The notes beneath the pieces are model-generated. The model was not told the origin of the DNA. It made no database searches and saw only the letters and a list, made by a program, of their open reading frames with translations. Positions 27,433 to 37,023 of a stretch of 64,000 nucleotides of DNA are shown here, piece after piece. The first letter of the stretch is position 1, and the number at the start of each line of letters is the position of its first letter. Source of the DNA: Clostridia bacterium (GTDB taxonomy: Bacteria; UBA6262; WVXT01); NCBI GenBank assembly GCA_009619095.1, contig WJOT01000029.1, forward strand, positions 736 to 64,735, read 5' to 3'. The position numbers were made by a program, and so were the translations under genes.

Positions 27433-29348
27433 TTTGCTTCTCTCTTGATTGGCAGACTTACGGTTACACTTGTTCCTTTGCCTTTTTTACTCTTAATGTC
27501 TATTTTTCCACCGTGTAGCTTGACTAATTCATTACAAATTGTAAGCCCCAGTCCTGTCCCCTTTGATTTCCTGGTAAAGAAAGGTTCAAATATTCTTTCC
27601 AAATCTTTTTTACCTATTCCTATTCCGTTATCCTTGAAGCTTATCTCAATGGAGCCCTTTCCGTCATCTCTCTCCGATATTTCTATTTTTCCCTTTTTGT
27701 TCGAGACAGATTGGTATGCATTAGTTAAAATATTATTGAATATCTCTCTAATATGCAAAGGGTCTGCCTCAATAAGCTTTTTTTCTGTCGATTTAAATTT
27801 TTTGACTATAGAAACATCCTGCTTATGAAATCTTCTTTTCATAAAAGCAATACATTCATTTAGAATATCGTAAATCTGTATCTTTTCATAACTGGGTGTT
27901 TTTATCCGTGAATAACTTAAAAGATTATTTATAATCTGGCCGCTTTCCGATACCTTTTTTTCTATATTGTCAAGATGTTTATCTAGTAAGGAATTTTTTC
28001 TCTTTTTCCTTATATTATATGCGGCTATCTTGATAACTCCTAATGGATTACGCAACTCGTGGGCGACAGTTGCGGCAAGAGTGCCGAGGTCGGAGAGGCG
28101 CTTTGCCTTATCTAATTCCGCTTGCGTTTTAAATAATTCGTGAGTTCTTTCGCTTACAAGCCTCTCAAAGGTCTCTTTGTCTCTTTTTAAAACTTCATCT
28201 GCGTGTTTGCGTTCGGTTATGTCCTTGACAATTCCGAGCATACGGATTGCCTTATTGTTTTTGTCACGGACGACATTGCCCGTTTCTAAAACCCAGCAGA
28301 CTGTGCCATCCGGCCAAATAATACGATGCTCGATATCGTAGTCCCTGCCCTTTTCTATGCAGGTATTTACTGAGTCGACAACGTGTTGTCGGTCCTCAGG
28401 ATGAACGCATTTAAGAAATGCCTCATAAGTTCCACCGAATTCTCCCCGACCAAACCCAAACATAGGCTCTATCTCTTCGGACCACTCCAGATTACCGGTT
28501 CGAATATCCCAATCCCAGCTACCGATATTTGCAGCCCGCTGGGCAAGCGCATAACGCTCTTCACTGAGCTTTAACGCGTCTTCCGTCCGCTTGCGCCTGG
28601 AAATGTCTACCACGCCAGCAATCGCTCCGGAATAATTTCCCTTACCATCAAAAATTGGCCCCGTCGCCAGTGTAGTATAGAGGCGTGTTCCATCTTTTCT
28701 CAGGAACTCAAAATCGTGTTGTTCTTTGACACCCTGTTTACGTCGATTCACAAGGCCCCGAGCAATTTCCACACCACGCTTATCCATAAATGAAAATAGA
28801 TGTTTTCCTATCATTTCATCTGTTGTGTATCCCAACATCTCAGCCATACGAGGATTAACAAACGTGGTATAAGAATCTTTATCGATAACCCAAATCCCTT
28901 CCCTTAAATTTTCAATGAGATGGCGATATTTCTCTTCGCTATACCTCAACGACTCCTCGGCTTTTTTGCGCTGGGTGATGTCTGTCCTTAATTCTTCATT
29001 TACCCTCAAAAGCTCTGCCGTTTGTCTGTTAACCTTGATTTCCAGCTCATCTCGATAGCTTTGCAATAACTTCTCCTTCTTCTTGTTCTCAGCAATGCTG
29101 CGGATAACTACTGATACCGTGAACAGCCCAACAATACTGATTAAGGCCATTTCCACTATTAACTCATGCCAGTTAATGGGAGTTCTTATCCCTCCTGTTA
29201 GAAAGTAAGGTAAATCCAGGATTTCATTTAGCCACGATAAGATACAAAGTATAACAAACCCGAGGGCTACAAGTAGCCACATTCTCTCGTTCACAATCGA
29301 TATTTTTGGTCTGCTGCGATTCTCTTTGATTATTTCTTTCTGTTCCAT
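27429..29348 (-). CDS. Membrane-anchored PAS-PAS sensor histidine kinase
   Basis: Two TM helices, two PAS domains, HisKA (AHELRNPL) and HATPase_c (GIGIGKKDLERIFEPFF, GTGLGL). I set the start at MEQKEII, 7 nt after GGAGG. Confidence 0.85.
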   Translation of the reverse strand: MEQKEIIKENRSRPKISIVNERMWLLVALGFVILCILSWLNEILDLPYFLTGGIRTPINWHELIVEMALISIVGLFTVSVVIRSIAENKKKEKLLQSYRDELEIKVNRQTAELLRVNEELRTDITQRKKAEESLRYSEEKYRHLIENLREGIWVIDKDSYTTFVNPRMAEMLGYTTDEMIGKHLFSFMDKRGVEIARGLVNRRKQGVKEQHDFEFLRKDGTRLYTTLATGPIFDGKGNYSGAIAGVVDISRRKRTEDALKLSEERYALAQRAANIGSWDWDIRTGNLEWSEEIEPMFGFGRGEFGGTYEAFLKCVHPEDRQHVVDSVNTCIEKGRDYDIEHRIIWPDGTVCWVLETGNVVRDKNNKAIRMLGIVKDITERKHADEVLKRDKETFERLVSERTHELFKTQAELDKAKRLSDLGTLAATVAHELRNPLGVIKIAAYNIRKKRKNSLLDKHLDNIEKKVSESGQIINNLLSYSRIKTPSYEKIQIYDILNECIAFMKRRFHKQDVSIVKKFKSTEKKLIEADPLHIREIFNNILTNAYQSVSNKKGKIEISERDDGKGSIEISFKDNGIGIGKKDLERIFEPFFTRKSKGTGLGLTICNELVKLHGGKIDIKSKKGKGTSVTVSLPIKREAK

Positions 29349-29365
29349 TTTAACCTCCGAATTCT

Positions 29366-29507
29366 GGGGACACAATACTTAATTATTCTTCTTTGGAACT
29401 ATGACATCTGCTCCTTCGTATAAAACGCAGACTGAAGTCTGCTACTCCTTTTCAAACGCAGACCAAGGTCTGCTACTCCAAACGCTCCGATGAATCGGAG
29501 CTACTCC
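29366..29507. repeat. REP array C (21-mer plus three hairpin units)
   Basis: 21-mer at 29366-29386; units at 29425-29448, 29456-29479 (variant stem agacc/ggtct) and 29480-29507. Confidence 0.85.
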
Positions 29508-29593
29508 TTCCTTTCCAGAAGCCTCACCATAACTTCCGAATCCACATCGTTCATCTGACAGCCAAGGGTCCTAATGAAAACTTTTTTACTCAC
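29508..29593 (-). pseudogene. 5' fragment of a miaB-like methylthiotransferase gene (about 28 codons)
   Basis: Translates as VSKKVFIRTLGCQMNDVDSEVMVRLLERKE. About 65 nt (about 29510-29575) are near-identical at nucleotide level to miaB positions ~9353-9420. The frame is cut off by REP array C. Confidence 0.6.
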
Positions 29594-29738
29594 GGTCAGA
29601 ATTTTGAACCAAAACTAAATTAAATTCCTTTTGTCAATCATCTTCAAGAAGTCTCATTGCACCCATGACGCCAGCCAGCTGGTAATTCGTAAAGTCTCTG
29701 GTTTTCCTTATTCATAAATTTCTCAGGGTTTTCTTGCT

Positions 29739-29855
29739 TCATTTTTCCATATCGTTCAGAACATTTTGAATCAAAGGTCTAATTTCTGGAAGATGGCGGG
29801 TTGCGGTCTCCCATACTACCTTTAAATCGACTCCAAAGTACTCGTGAGTGACGCT
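29739..29855 (-). pseudogene. C-terminal remnant of a HepT/DUF86 (HEPN) toxin gene
   Basis: My own translation is ..VTHEYFGVDLKVVWETATRHLPEIRPLIQNVLNDMEK*. It matches the HEY..D...VW tail of DUF86 proteins. The Arg of the R-x4-H motif and everything upstream are missing. Confidence 0.5.
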
Positions 29856-29882
29856 CCACAGGGCTTGCCCTGTGGCTTCTGC

Positions 29883-30761
29883 TTAGTTTACCAAGCATTC
29901 TTTTTCTTGTTTCATCATCGGAACTACCGTTCCAACTCCACAAGCGTTGATTCCCGCTCGTCCAGCGGTATTTAATCCTATATTCAGAATATTTATCGCG
30001 GCATTTAAATCCCTATCCATCGTCATCCCACAAACAGGACAAGAGTAGACCGTTTTTCTCAATGGCATTTCTTGAATATTGCCACAACAGCTACACTTCT
30101 TACTTGTAGGCTCTCTTGGCCCTATCGTGATGAAGAGTTTCCCATTCCACTTTGCCTTGTAATCCAGTTGCCTCCTGAACTCAAACCATCCTGCATCAGA
30201 AATTGCCTTTGATAGACAACGATTTTTCATCATGCCCTTGACATTCAAATCCTCTAAGACAACGGAGTGCTTGGCTATCACACTCGCGGATGTCTTGTGA
30301 AGAAAATCTAATCTTTGATTTCTGATTTTACGATATAGCTTTTGAACCTGCCTCTTTTGCTTCTTCCTGTTTTGACTGCCTTTTCCTTTCTTGCTCAACT
30401 TTCTTTGAGCATCTGCCAGTCGTTTCTCTGATTTTCTTAAGTGCTTTGGATTATCTATCACAGTCCCATCAGACAAAGTTGCAAAGGATTTTAAGCCTAC
30501 ATCAATGCCTACAAGGCTACTACTATCTTTTGGTCTATCTGGCAGTTCAAACTCACATAGAACAGAACAATACCAGTGATCTCCGTCCTGGATGATAGTA
30601 ATCTTTTTAGGTTCGCCTTGTAAGGGGCGATGTTTAATCCATTTCACCTCACCAACTTTGGGAACGAAAACATACCTTTTGCTTAATCTCCATTTTTGAG
30701 GAACGGTAAAACTATCTCGTTCGAGCCCTTTTCTTTTGAATCTAGGAAATCTTGATGTCTT
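29883..30761 (-). pseudogene. tnpB: IS200/IS605-family TnpB (OrfB), 5'-truncated
   Basis: RuvC-like residues in GIDVGLK, VLEDLN and DRDLNAAINI, plus a zinc ribbon CSCCG..CPVCG. The frame extends upstream without a start (..RFKRKGLERDSFTVPQKWR..) to an in-frame stop at 30762-30764 beside a REP 21-mer. Roughly the first quarter of a typical TnpB is absent. Confidence 0.8.
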
Positions 30762-30769
30762 CTAATTCG

Positions 30770-30962
30770 GGGGACACAATACTTAATTATCTTACTCGAT
30801 TTCCTTTCCCCTTTTCAATATTCTTCTTACTATTTCCTCAAGTTCGTTGAAAAAATTTTCAATATCCAATAGTCCAGTCGTGCTTGCCTATTGTTATATA
30901 GAAGATTTGGCAAAATTTTCAAAAGTCCAGCATTGGGTTCAATAATTAAGTATTGTGTCCCC
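30770..30962. mobile_element. Internally deleted RAYT element (both 21-mer ends retained, transposase gene lost)
   Basis: GGGGACACAATACTTAATTAT at 30770-30790 and its inverse at 30942-30962. The interior (ttttcaatattcttcttactatttcctcaagtt..) resembles the 3' end of the RAYT gene at 38831-38890. Confidence 0.6.
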
Positions 30963-30986
30963 GGAACTTTGTGAACATCATACTTG

Positions 30987-32267
30987 TTACCTCTTATAAG
31001 CATTTTTTTTATTGTGGGTATGATAACGACTCCCTAAATTTACTGAAGTGTATAATATTGGATGACGCTTATTAGCCCAGAATCTTTTTATTATTGAAGG
31101 AAAAGAGTCAAATTTGCATCTCGCCCAATGAAAACCTCCTAAAAGTTGGTCAGCAGTCATTCCTATGGGTTCAAAAACAAGTTTAACATTATCATATTTA
31201 CTCCAGTCATAACTAAGTATTCTACCCTCCTTTTGTAAATTATCGAAGATTTTTGTCCCCGGGTAAGGCGTAAGTAAAACGAGCTGCACAGAAGCCACTC
31301 TGGATTCAATAAGAAACTCAACTGTCTCTTCAAAAATAGATTGGTCATCATTATCAAAGCCAAAAATTAAACTTGCATAAACTAAAATACCTACATCCAA
31401 AAACATTTTCATGGCTTCTTTTATTTCCTTTTTACTTTTTAGATTTTTGTGATAACGATTTATCCCTTTAACGGACACAGATTCAATACCAACAAAGAAA
31501 CTACAGCAACCAGATTCAGAAGCTAATTTTAATAACTCCTTGTCTTTTACAATATTTATAGCTGATTGTCCTACCCATTTTTTACCCATATATTTTAATT
31601 CCTTGAAAAGTTCCCTTGCATATTGTTTACTTCCTGTAATGTTGTCGTCTAAAAATATAAGATTTTTTCCTTTAATGGTGGAAATATCTTTAATCACTTC
31701 TTTTATTGGTTTATGTCGAGGATGTGCACCAAAAAATTTTGTTACTGAACAAAAATCACAATTATAAGGGCATCCACGAGTTGTCTCTACTGGGGCAAGC
31801 TTAATAACCCCGGCTCTTCTTTTAATTAAATCTCTTCTGGGTATTACGGAATTATTTAAAAGAGGAAATTCGCCTTTATAAAATTTTCTCAGGTCATTTT
31901 TCTGCAGGTCTTTTATAACAATATCCCAGATATTTTCTGCCTCTCCAATTACAACAGAATCAGTATATTTTATGGATTCATCCGGTAAAGCTGTGGGATG
32001 AATACCCCCGAGAATGGTTTTTATACCCCTTTCTCTGAACATCGTCGATATTTCATAGGCTCTGGGAGCGGTTGCCGTCATGGTTGTTATGCCTACCAAA
32101 TCGTATTTCTTATCAAAATTAATTTTATCCCACGGTTCCTCTACTATTTCAATTTCATGTTCTGGAGGAGTTAATCCCGCTAGTATTGGCAAAGATAATT
32201 GAGGTATATGCAAATTTTTGTGGCGATGTTCATCTTTAGGACATGGTGAAATAAATAATATTTTCAT
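30987..32267 (-). CDS. B12-binding (class B) radical SAM protein
   Basis: N-terminal cobalamin-binding-like Rossmann domain (DLVGITTMTATAPRAYEI) and the radical SAM CPYNCDFC. Confidence 0.8.
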   Translation of the reverse strand: MKILFISPCPKDEHRHKNLHIPQLSLPILAGLTPPEHEIEIVEEPWDKINFDKKYDLVGITTMTATAPRAYEISTMFRERGIKTILGGIHPTALPDESIKYTDSVVIGEAENIWDIVIKDLQKNDLRKFYKGEFPLLNNSVIPRRDLIKRRAGVIKLAPVETTRGCPYNCDFCSVTKFFGAHPRHKPIKEVIKDISTIKGKNLIFLDDNITGSKQYARELFKELKYMGKKWVGQSAINIVKDKELLKLASESGCCSFFVGIESVSVKGINRYHKNLKSKKEIKEAMKMFLDVGILVYASLIFGFDNDDQSIFEETVEFLIESRVASVQLVLLTPYPGTKIFDNLQKEGRILSYDWSKYDNVKLVFEPIGMTADQLLGGFHWARCKFDSFPSIIKRFWANKRHPILYTSVNLGSRYHTHNKKNAYKR

Positions 32268-32292
32268 TATAAACTCCTACAAAAAAAATTAC

Positions 32293-32365
32293 GGGGACAC
32301 AATACTTAATTATGACGCAGACTAAAGTCTGCTACTCCAAACGCTCCGATGAATCGGAGCTACTC
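32293..32365. repeat. REP array D (21-mer plus two hairpin units)
   Basis: 21-mer at 32293-32313; units at 32314-32338 and 32339-32365. The last unit contains the stop codon of the gene at 32360-34027. Confidence 0.85.
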
Positions 32366-34027
32366 TTTCAGCGCTTTGGCGTTTTTTTCATAAAATGTAG
32401 AAGGCTCATAAACCCGACCGTTAGCAAGTTTTTTTGCCTCTCTTTTCATAGCAAAGTATAGCCCTCTGCCCAATAGTGAAGCCATTATCCTGGTTTTCCA
32501 ACCGAACTCCTTGTATAAATCTTGAAGAAGTGAGATGATTTTCTTCGACATAAGTTCGTCTTTCCTGTACCATTTTTTTATCGCCCAAGCTGCTCCCGTA
32601 TAATAATCGATGGATTTTTTAATCTCCCATTCAAAGCGATTACGAATACGTGGATCCGGATGGTTTTTGTATCTTTTCCATCCTATTAGCATGGTTCGAA
32701 TCATTCGGGCAATGCTGGGACCGTTTATCTCGAAGTCCCGACGAAAGGCTCTGAGAAGAAACTCGGTTTCCTGACCATTGTAAATGTGTTTATGGCGATA
32801 ATTAAAGCGGTATTGACCGTGTCTATCTGCGGTGGGACATTCTTCTTCAGACAAAAGACTTCCTTCCTTCAGGAGCTGTTCATAAAGAGGCGTGCCAGGA
32901 GCCGGGATGTACAGCATAAACTGGTGGAAGTCCGTATCATGACTAACTGCCCAATCTATAATCTGATCAATGTTTTCCGTAGTATGGTTTTCTAAACCGA
33001 TAATAGTTGACCCCATAACGCGAATGCCATGTGATTGCATATCTCGTACAAACGAGTGGGTATCGATCCCTTTAAGCTTTGCATACTGACTGTTCTCACC
33101 TTCCAGTCCTATCCATACCCAGGAAATTCCCAAACCCACCAGCTGTTTGACTGTATAAAATTTCAGAGCCTTGACAGAACTGAAAACGAACAAAGACCAA
33201 CTCTTATTGTGCTGTTCCATTAATTCTAACAACCTTAATGCTCTTTTATGATGTAGAAGAAAGTTTTCATCAAGGATGAAGAAGGACCGACTCTTGAGCT
33301 CTTTTTCAATCTGACACATAATGGAAAAAAGAGAATCTCCAGTTTCATAAAAGTTTATGAATTTCCCCTTACCACCAAATAGGGCAGAAGTGGAACAAAA
33401 ATTACAGCCCACCGGGCATCCTACTGATGGTATTAAAATTGCAGCGGTATTTCTTTTTGAAAGAGTTATACCAAAGATACGGCCACCAAATGCAGAAAGA
33501 ACTATTGGATGTCTTACTGGAACGTTTTCATCCTGTCCCAGGAACCTTCGAAACCAGCTGACACCGTCTCCTTTGACAATATAATCCGCATCAATGATGG
33601 TATAAAGATTGGGTATACTGGCAATATGCCCGCCCACAACAATCGTTGCCTTAGGTAAGTATTTGCGTATCACCTCACACATCTTTTTTGCCTTCCCGAT
33701 ATTGGGAATAATTGAACTAATTCCAACAATATCATAAGAATGACTTTGAATTTCATCAGTAAAACGAGTCAATGTAGGAAAATCTAAAAGCGTACATGGC
33801 GCATCAATGTTTGCCTGAAGCAGCATCAATCCAAATGAACGATGGAACAGGCGAAGAGAAAAAGGACCTTGCACCCGAGTAACCTGATTATGATAGAGCT
33901 CCATTGGGTTAATCTTTCGACTTCCATATTCATCGTCTTGTGCGTAGGGGCCAAATACGCTGGATAATAAAACTTTAGCTTGAGACTTAAGTGGATGTAC
34001 AGGATTACTTGTGTTCATAATATTCAT
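32360..34027 (-). CDS. B12-binding (class B) radical SAM protein, long form
   Basis: Cobalamin-binding-like domain (DIVGISSIIPNIGKAKKMCE), the radical SAM CPVGCNFC, and a large C-terminal extension. Confidence 0.8.
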   Translation of the reverse strand: MNIMNTSNPVHPLKSQAKVLLSSVFGPYAQDDEYGSRKINPMELYHNQVTRVQGPFSLRLFHRSFGLMLLQANIDAPCTLLDFPTLTRFTDEIQSHSYDIVGISSIIPNIGKAKKMCEVIRKYLPKATIVVGGHIASIPNLYTIIDADYIVKGDGVSWFRRFLGQDENVPVRHPIVLSAFGGRIFGITLSKRNTAAILIPSVGCPVGCNFCSTSALFGGKGKFINFYETGDSLFSIMCQIEKELKSRSFFILDENFLLHHKRALRLLELMEQHNKSWSLFVFSSVKALKFYTVKQLVGLGISWVWIGLEGENSQYAKLKGIDTHSFVRDMQSHGIRVMGSTIIGLENHTTENIDQIIDWAVSHDTDFHQFMLYIPAPGTPLYEQLLKEGSLLSEEECPTADRHGQYRFNYRHKHIYNGQETEFLLRAFRRDFEINGPSIARMIRTMLIGWKRYKNHPDPRIRNRFEWEIKKSIDYYTGAAWAIKKWYRKDELMSKKIISLLQDLYKEFGWKTRIMASLLGRGLYFAMKREAKKLANGRVYEPSTFYEKNAKALKE

Positions 34028-34164
34028 CTTTTTCTCCGATTATATTAGTAATAATAAAAATAAATTTTATTTACAATTTTTGCGAGGTTGAGGATGCAGA
34101 GTGTTTGGCCCCGAAGGTTCAGGATGCCAAACACAAAAAGCCGACTGGTCTCCTCGAACCCGGA

Positions 34165-35895
34165 TTAATACGAATACGCATCTAAAACATACTGCTGCAC
34201 CATTCGATGGGTGTTGAAAAAAGAAGCATTGATGGCAATTGAGTGCCGCATAATATCAACCCAGTTATCACGGTTGTTATAAAATAGAGGAATGATTACT
34301 TTTTGTAACTTTTCATAGAGAGAATGAGCATTCCTTTCATCAACACTTTCTATATCTGAAGCTGAGCCGATTGACCATCCAGTAAAACCTTCCATACATC
34401 CTTCAATCCACCATCCATCTAAAATGCTCAAACTGGGAATACCGTTGTGCGCTGCTTTCATACCAGATGTTCCTGAAGCTTCCCGGGGTTTTCGAGGGGT
34501 ATTAAGCCATAAATCAACTCCGGAAACAAGCATCTTACCCAGTTCCATATCGTAATTTTCAAGATAAACTATTTTAATACTGTCTTTTAGTTCTTTCGAC
34601 ACAGAAACAATTCTTTTTATCAGTTCTTTTCCAGGCCAATCTCTGGGGTGCGCCCTACCAGCAAAAACCAGTTGGATCTTACCAACGTTTTGAGAAATAT
34701 TGACTAACCTGTTCGTATCAAAGAAAACTAAATCCGCCCTTTTATACGCAGTAGCCCTTCGTGCAAACCCAATCGTAAGTGTGCCATAATCCATGCCTGC
34801 ATTCATCTTCTCATTAACATAGTCTAAAAGTTTCTTTTTTGCCTCCTGATGAGCATTCCATATTTCCTCTTTGGGAATACTTAAGGCATACCGAAGACTG
34901 AAAGGGTCGTTCATCCAACCGTGAATATACTTATCGTATAACCTTTTAAAACTTTCACAGACCCATGTAGTTGTATGGGTCCCATTAGTGATAGAATCAA
35001 TACGGTAACCGGGAAACATCTCCCGGGAAACTTTACCATGTTCTTTAGCAACACCATTTACATAATGGCTCAAATTCAATGCAAGAAGCGTCATATTTAA
35101 CCTATCTTCCCCTCCGATATTTTTTAAAAAATCGATGGGCATAGATTCGCCCAGAACTTGCCTGACTAAGTCATAAGAAAATTGGTCGTGCCCTGCTGGA
35201 ACAGGTGTATGCGTGGTAAACACACACATTCTTTTTACCCTATCAATATCCCATATTGGTTCATGATTTCTTTTTCTTTCATTTAAGAGTTCAAGGGTCA
35301 ATAAGCTTGCGTGTCCTTCATTCATATGATACCGACTAATTCGATGGTATCCTAATTCTTTAAGTATCCTTACTCCGCCAATACCCAGGATAATTTCCTG
35401 GGCGAGCCTATACTTTTCATCTCCACCGTATAGATAATCAGTAAGACTCCGGTCATAGTCACTATTCTGTGCAATATCCGTATCTAAGAAAATGACAGGC
35501 ACACAATATCCAGTGACACCAGTTGCCCTGTACTGCCATGCCTGGATAAAAACGGGTCTATTTTCTACGGTAACACTTACTTTTTTGGGTAAGAGTGTCA
35601 ATAAATCTTTGGGATTCCATTCACATGGTAACTCCTGTTGCTGACCCTGGTCATCCAGCTTCTGGTAAAAGTATCCCTTTTTGTACAACAGGGTAACTGC
35701 AACCAAAGGAACATTTAGGTCAGCACATGATTTGATTGTATCCCCAGCTAAAATTCCCAAACCACCGCTATAAGTAGGAATTTTAGAATCAATGCCTATC
35801 TCCATAGAAAAATAAGCAATTCTTTTCTTTTGCTTTCGTATTTTGGGAACAGCTACCTTTCCCGGGTTAGAATATTTTTTTTCTAAGGGTTCCAT
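34165..35895 (-). CDS. glgP: Alpha-glucan phosphorylase (GT35)
   Basis: [16 protein letters not shown]-terminus and the PLP site [14 protein letters not shown]. Confidence 0.85.
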   Translation of the reverse strand: MEPLEKKYSNPGKVAVPKIRKQKKRIAYFSMEIGIDSKIPTYSGGLGILAGDTIKSCADLNVPLVAVTLLYKKGYFYQKLDDQGQQQELPCEWNPKDLLTLLPKKVSVTVENRPVFIQAWQYRATGVTGYCVPVIFLDTDIAQNSDYDRSLTDYLYGGDEKYRLAQEIILGIGGVRILKELGYHRISRYHMNEGHASLLTLELLNERKRNHEPIWDIDRVKRMCVFTTHTPVPAGHDQFSYDLVRQVLGESMPIDFLKNIGGEDRLNMTLLALNLSHYVNGVAKEHGKVSREMFPGYRIDSITNGTHTTTWVCESFKRLYDKYIHGWMNDPFSLRYALSIPKEEIWNAHQEAKKKLLDYVNEKMNAGMDYGTLTIGFARRATAYKRADLVFFDTNRLVNISQNVGKIQLVFAGRAHPRDWPGKELIKRIVSVSKELKDSIKIVYLENYDMELGKMLVSGVDLWLNTPRKPREASGTSGMKAAHNGIPSLSILDGWWIEGCMEGFTGWSIGSASDIESVDERNAHSLYEKLQKVIIPLFYNNRDNWVDIMRHSIAINASFFNTHRMVQQYVLDAYSY

Positions 35896-36913
35896 TTTTC
35901 TTAAACGATGTTTCAGTAAATTTCAGTATCTGGTTCATCATCTTTACTACTTTAACGGGATGTTGACCTATAGCGGTTTCTGCCGAAAGCATAACAAAAT
36001 CAGAACCATCTAACACTGCGTTGGCAACATCTGTGACTTCAGCTCTGGCAGGCCTTAAATTTTCTACCATACTTTCAAGCATCTGTGTAGCCGTAATAAC
36101 GAACTTCTTTGCCTGGTTGCATTTTTTGATTATCAGTTTCTGGACAACAGGGATTTCGTAGATTGGAATTGATACTCCCATATCCCCCCGCGCTATCATA
36201 ATTCCATCCGAGACATCTATTATCTCATCAATGTTCCTAATACCCTGCCGATTTTCAATCTTGGCAACTATCTTGCAGTTCGGGAGGCTGGGTTTAACTA
36301 AATCTTTTATTTGAATAATATCGTTTTTATTTCTTACAAAAGATTGTGCAATATAATCTACTTTATTTTTTATACCGAATTGGATATCGATTCTATCTTT
36401 ATCAGTTAATCCTTTAAACCTTAAGGCTACATCGGGAATATTAATTCCTTTATTTTCCTTCAAAGACCCAGGAATAATCACCTCTGCCTTGAGATATTTT
36501 TTTGTCCTTGATTTTACAATTAGAGCAATGTTGCCGTCATCTATGTATATGTAATTCCCTGGCTTAATATTATCTAAAGAGCCTTCATAATCAAACGGTA
36601 TTATATTTTTTTCTCCTAATACATCCTGATTAGTCAGAAGGACCTGTTGTCTTTTTTTCAATTCGATACTCTTTTTATGTTTGAACCTGCCAACTCTTAT
36701 ACGATAACCCTCCAGGTCCTGTAATATTTTTATACGGCGTCTATATTTTTTATTTAACTCTCTAATCAAATTTATACAATATTTATGCCTAGTATGACTT
36801 CCATAGGAAAAATTAAGCCTGGCTACATCCATACCAGCGAGCATCATATTTCTCAATACCGTCACATTGCCGCTTGCAGTTCCTATTGTACAGATTATTT
36901 TTGTCTTAACCAT
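35867..36913 (-). CDS. pyk: Pyruvate kinase, short form lacking the usual C-terminal domain
   Basis: [36 protein letters not shown]. It is 348 aa versus the ~470 aa usual for bacterial enzymes, and it overlaps the glgP start by 29 nt. Confidence 0.8.
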   Translation of the reverse strand: MVKTKIICTIGTASGNVTVLRNMMLAGMDVARLNFSYGSHTRHKYCINLIRELNKKYRRRIKILQDLEGYRIRVGRFKHKKSIELKKRQQVLLTNQDVLGEKNIIPFDYEGSLDNIKPGNYIYIDDGNIALIVKSRTKKYLKAEVIIPGSLKENKGINIPDVALRFKGLTDKDRIDIQFGIKNKVDYIAQSFVRNKNDIIQIKDLVKPSLPNCKIVAKIENRQGIRNIDEIIDVSDGIMIARGDMGVSIPIYEIPVVQKLIIKKCNQAKKFVITATQMLESMVENLRPARAEVTDVANAVLDGSDFVMLSAETAIGQHPVKVVKMMNQILKFTETSFKKNGTLRKKIF

Positions 36914-37023
36914 TGTTTTTTGCCTTTTTGCACCATTAGATAATTAAACTCTTTCCTTACATGTAAATACGTAGTAACCTTTTGTATTTGTAAAGTCATC
37001 CATCATTTCATCAGAAATTTTAA

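Noticed and set aside
29366-29507. The tandem hairpin arrays (also 23428-23530, 26309-26434, 43555-43637, 59615-59729) as CRISPR arrays
   Set aside because: Units are 24-28 nt and abut each other with 0-8 nt between them, so there are no unique spacers of about 30 nt. The stems vary between units, there are only 2-3 units per site, and no cas genes occur in the window. The GTAG-plus-palindrome layout and the nearby RAYT point to REP/BIME elements.
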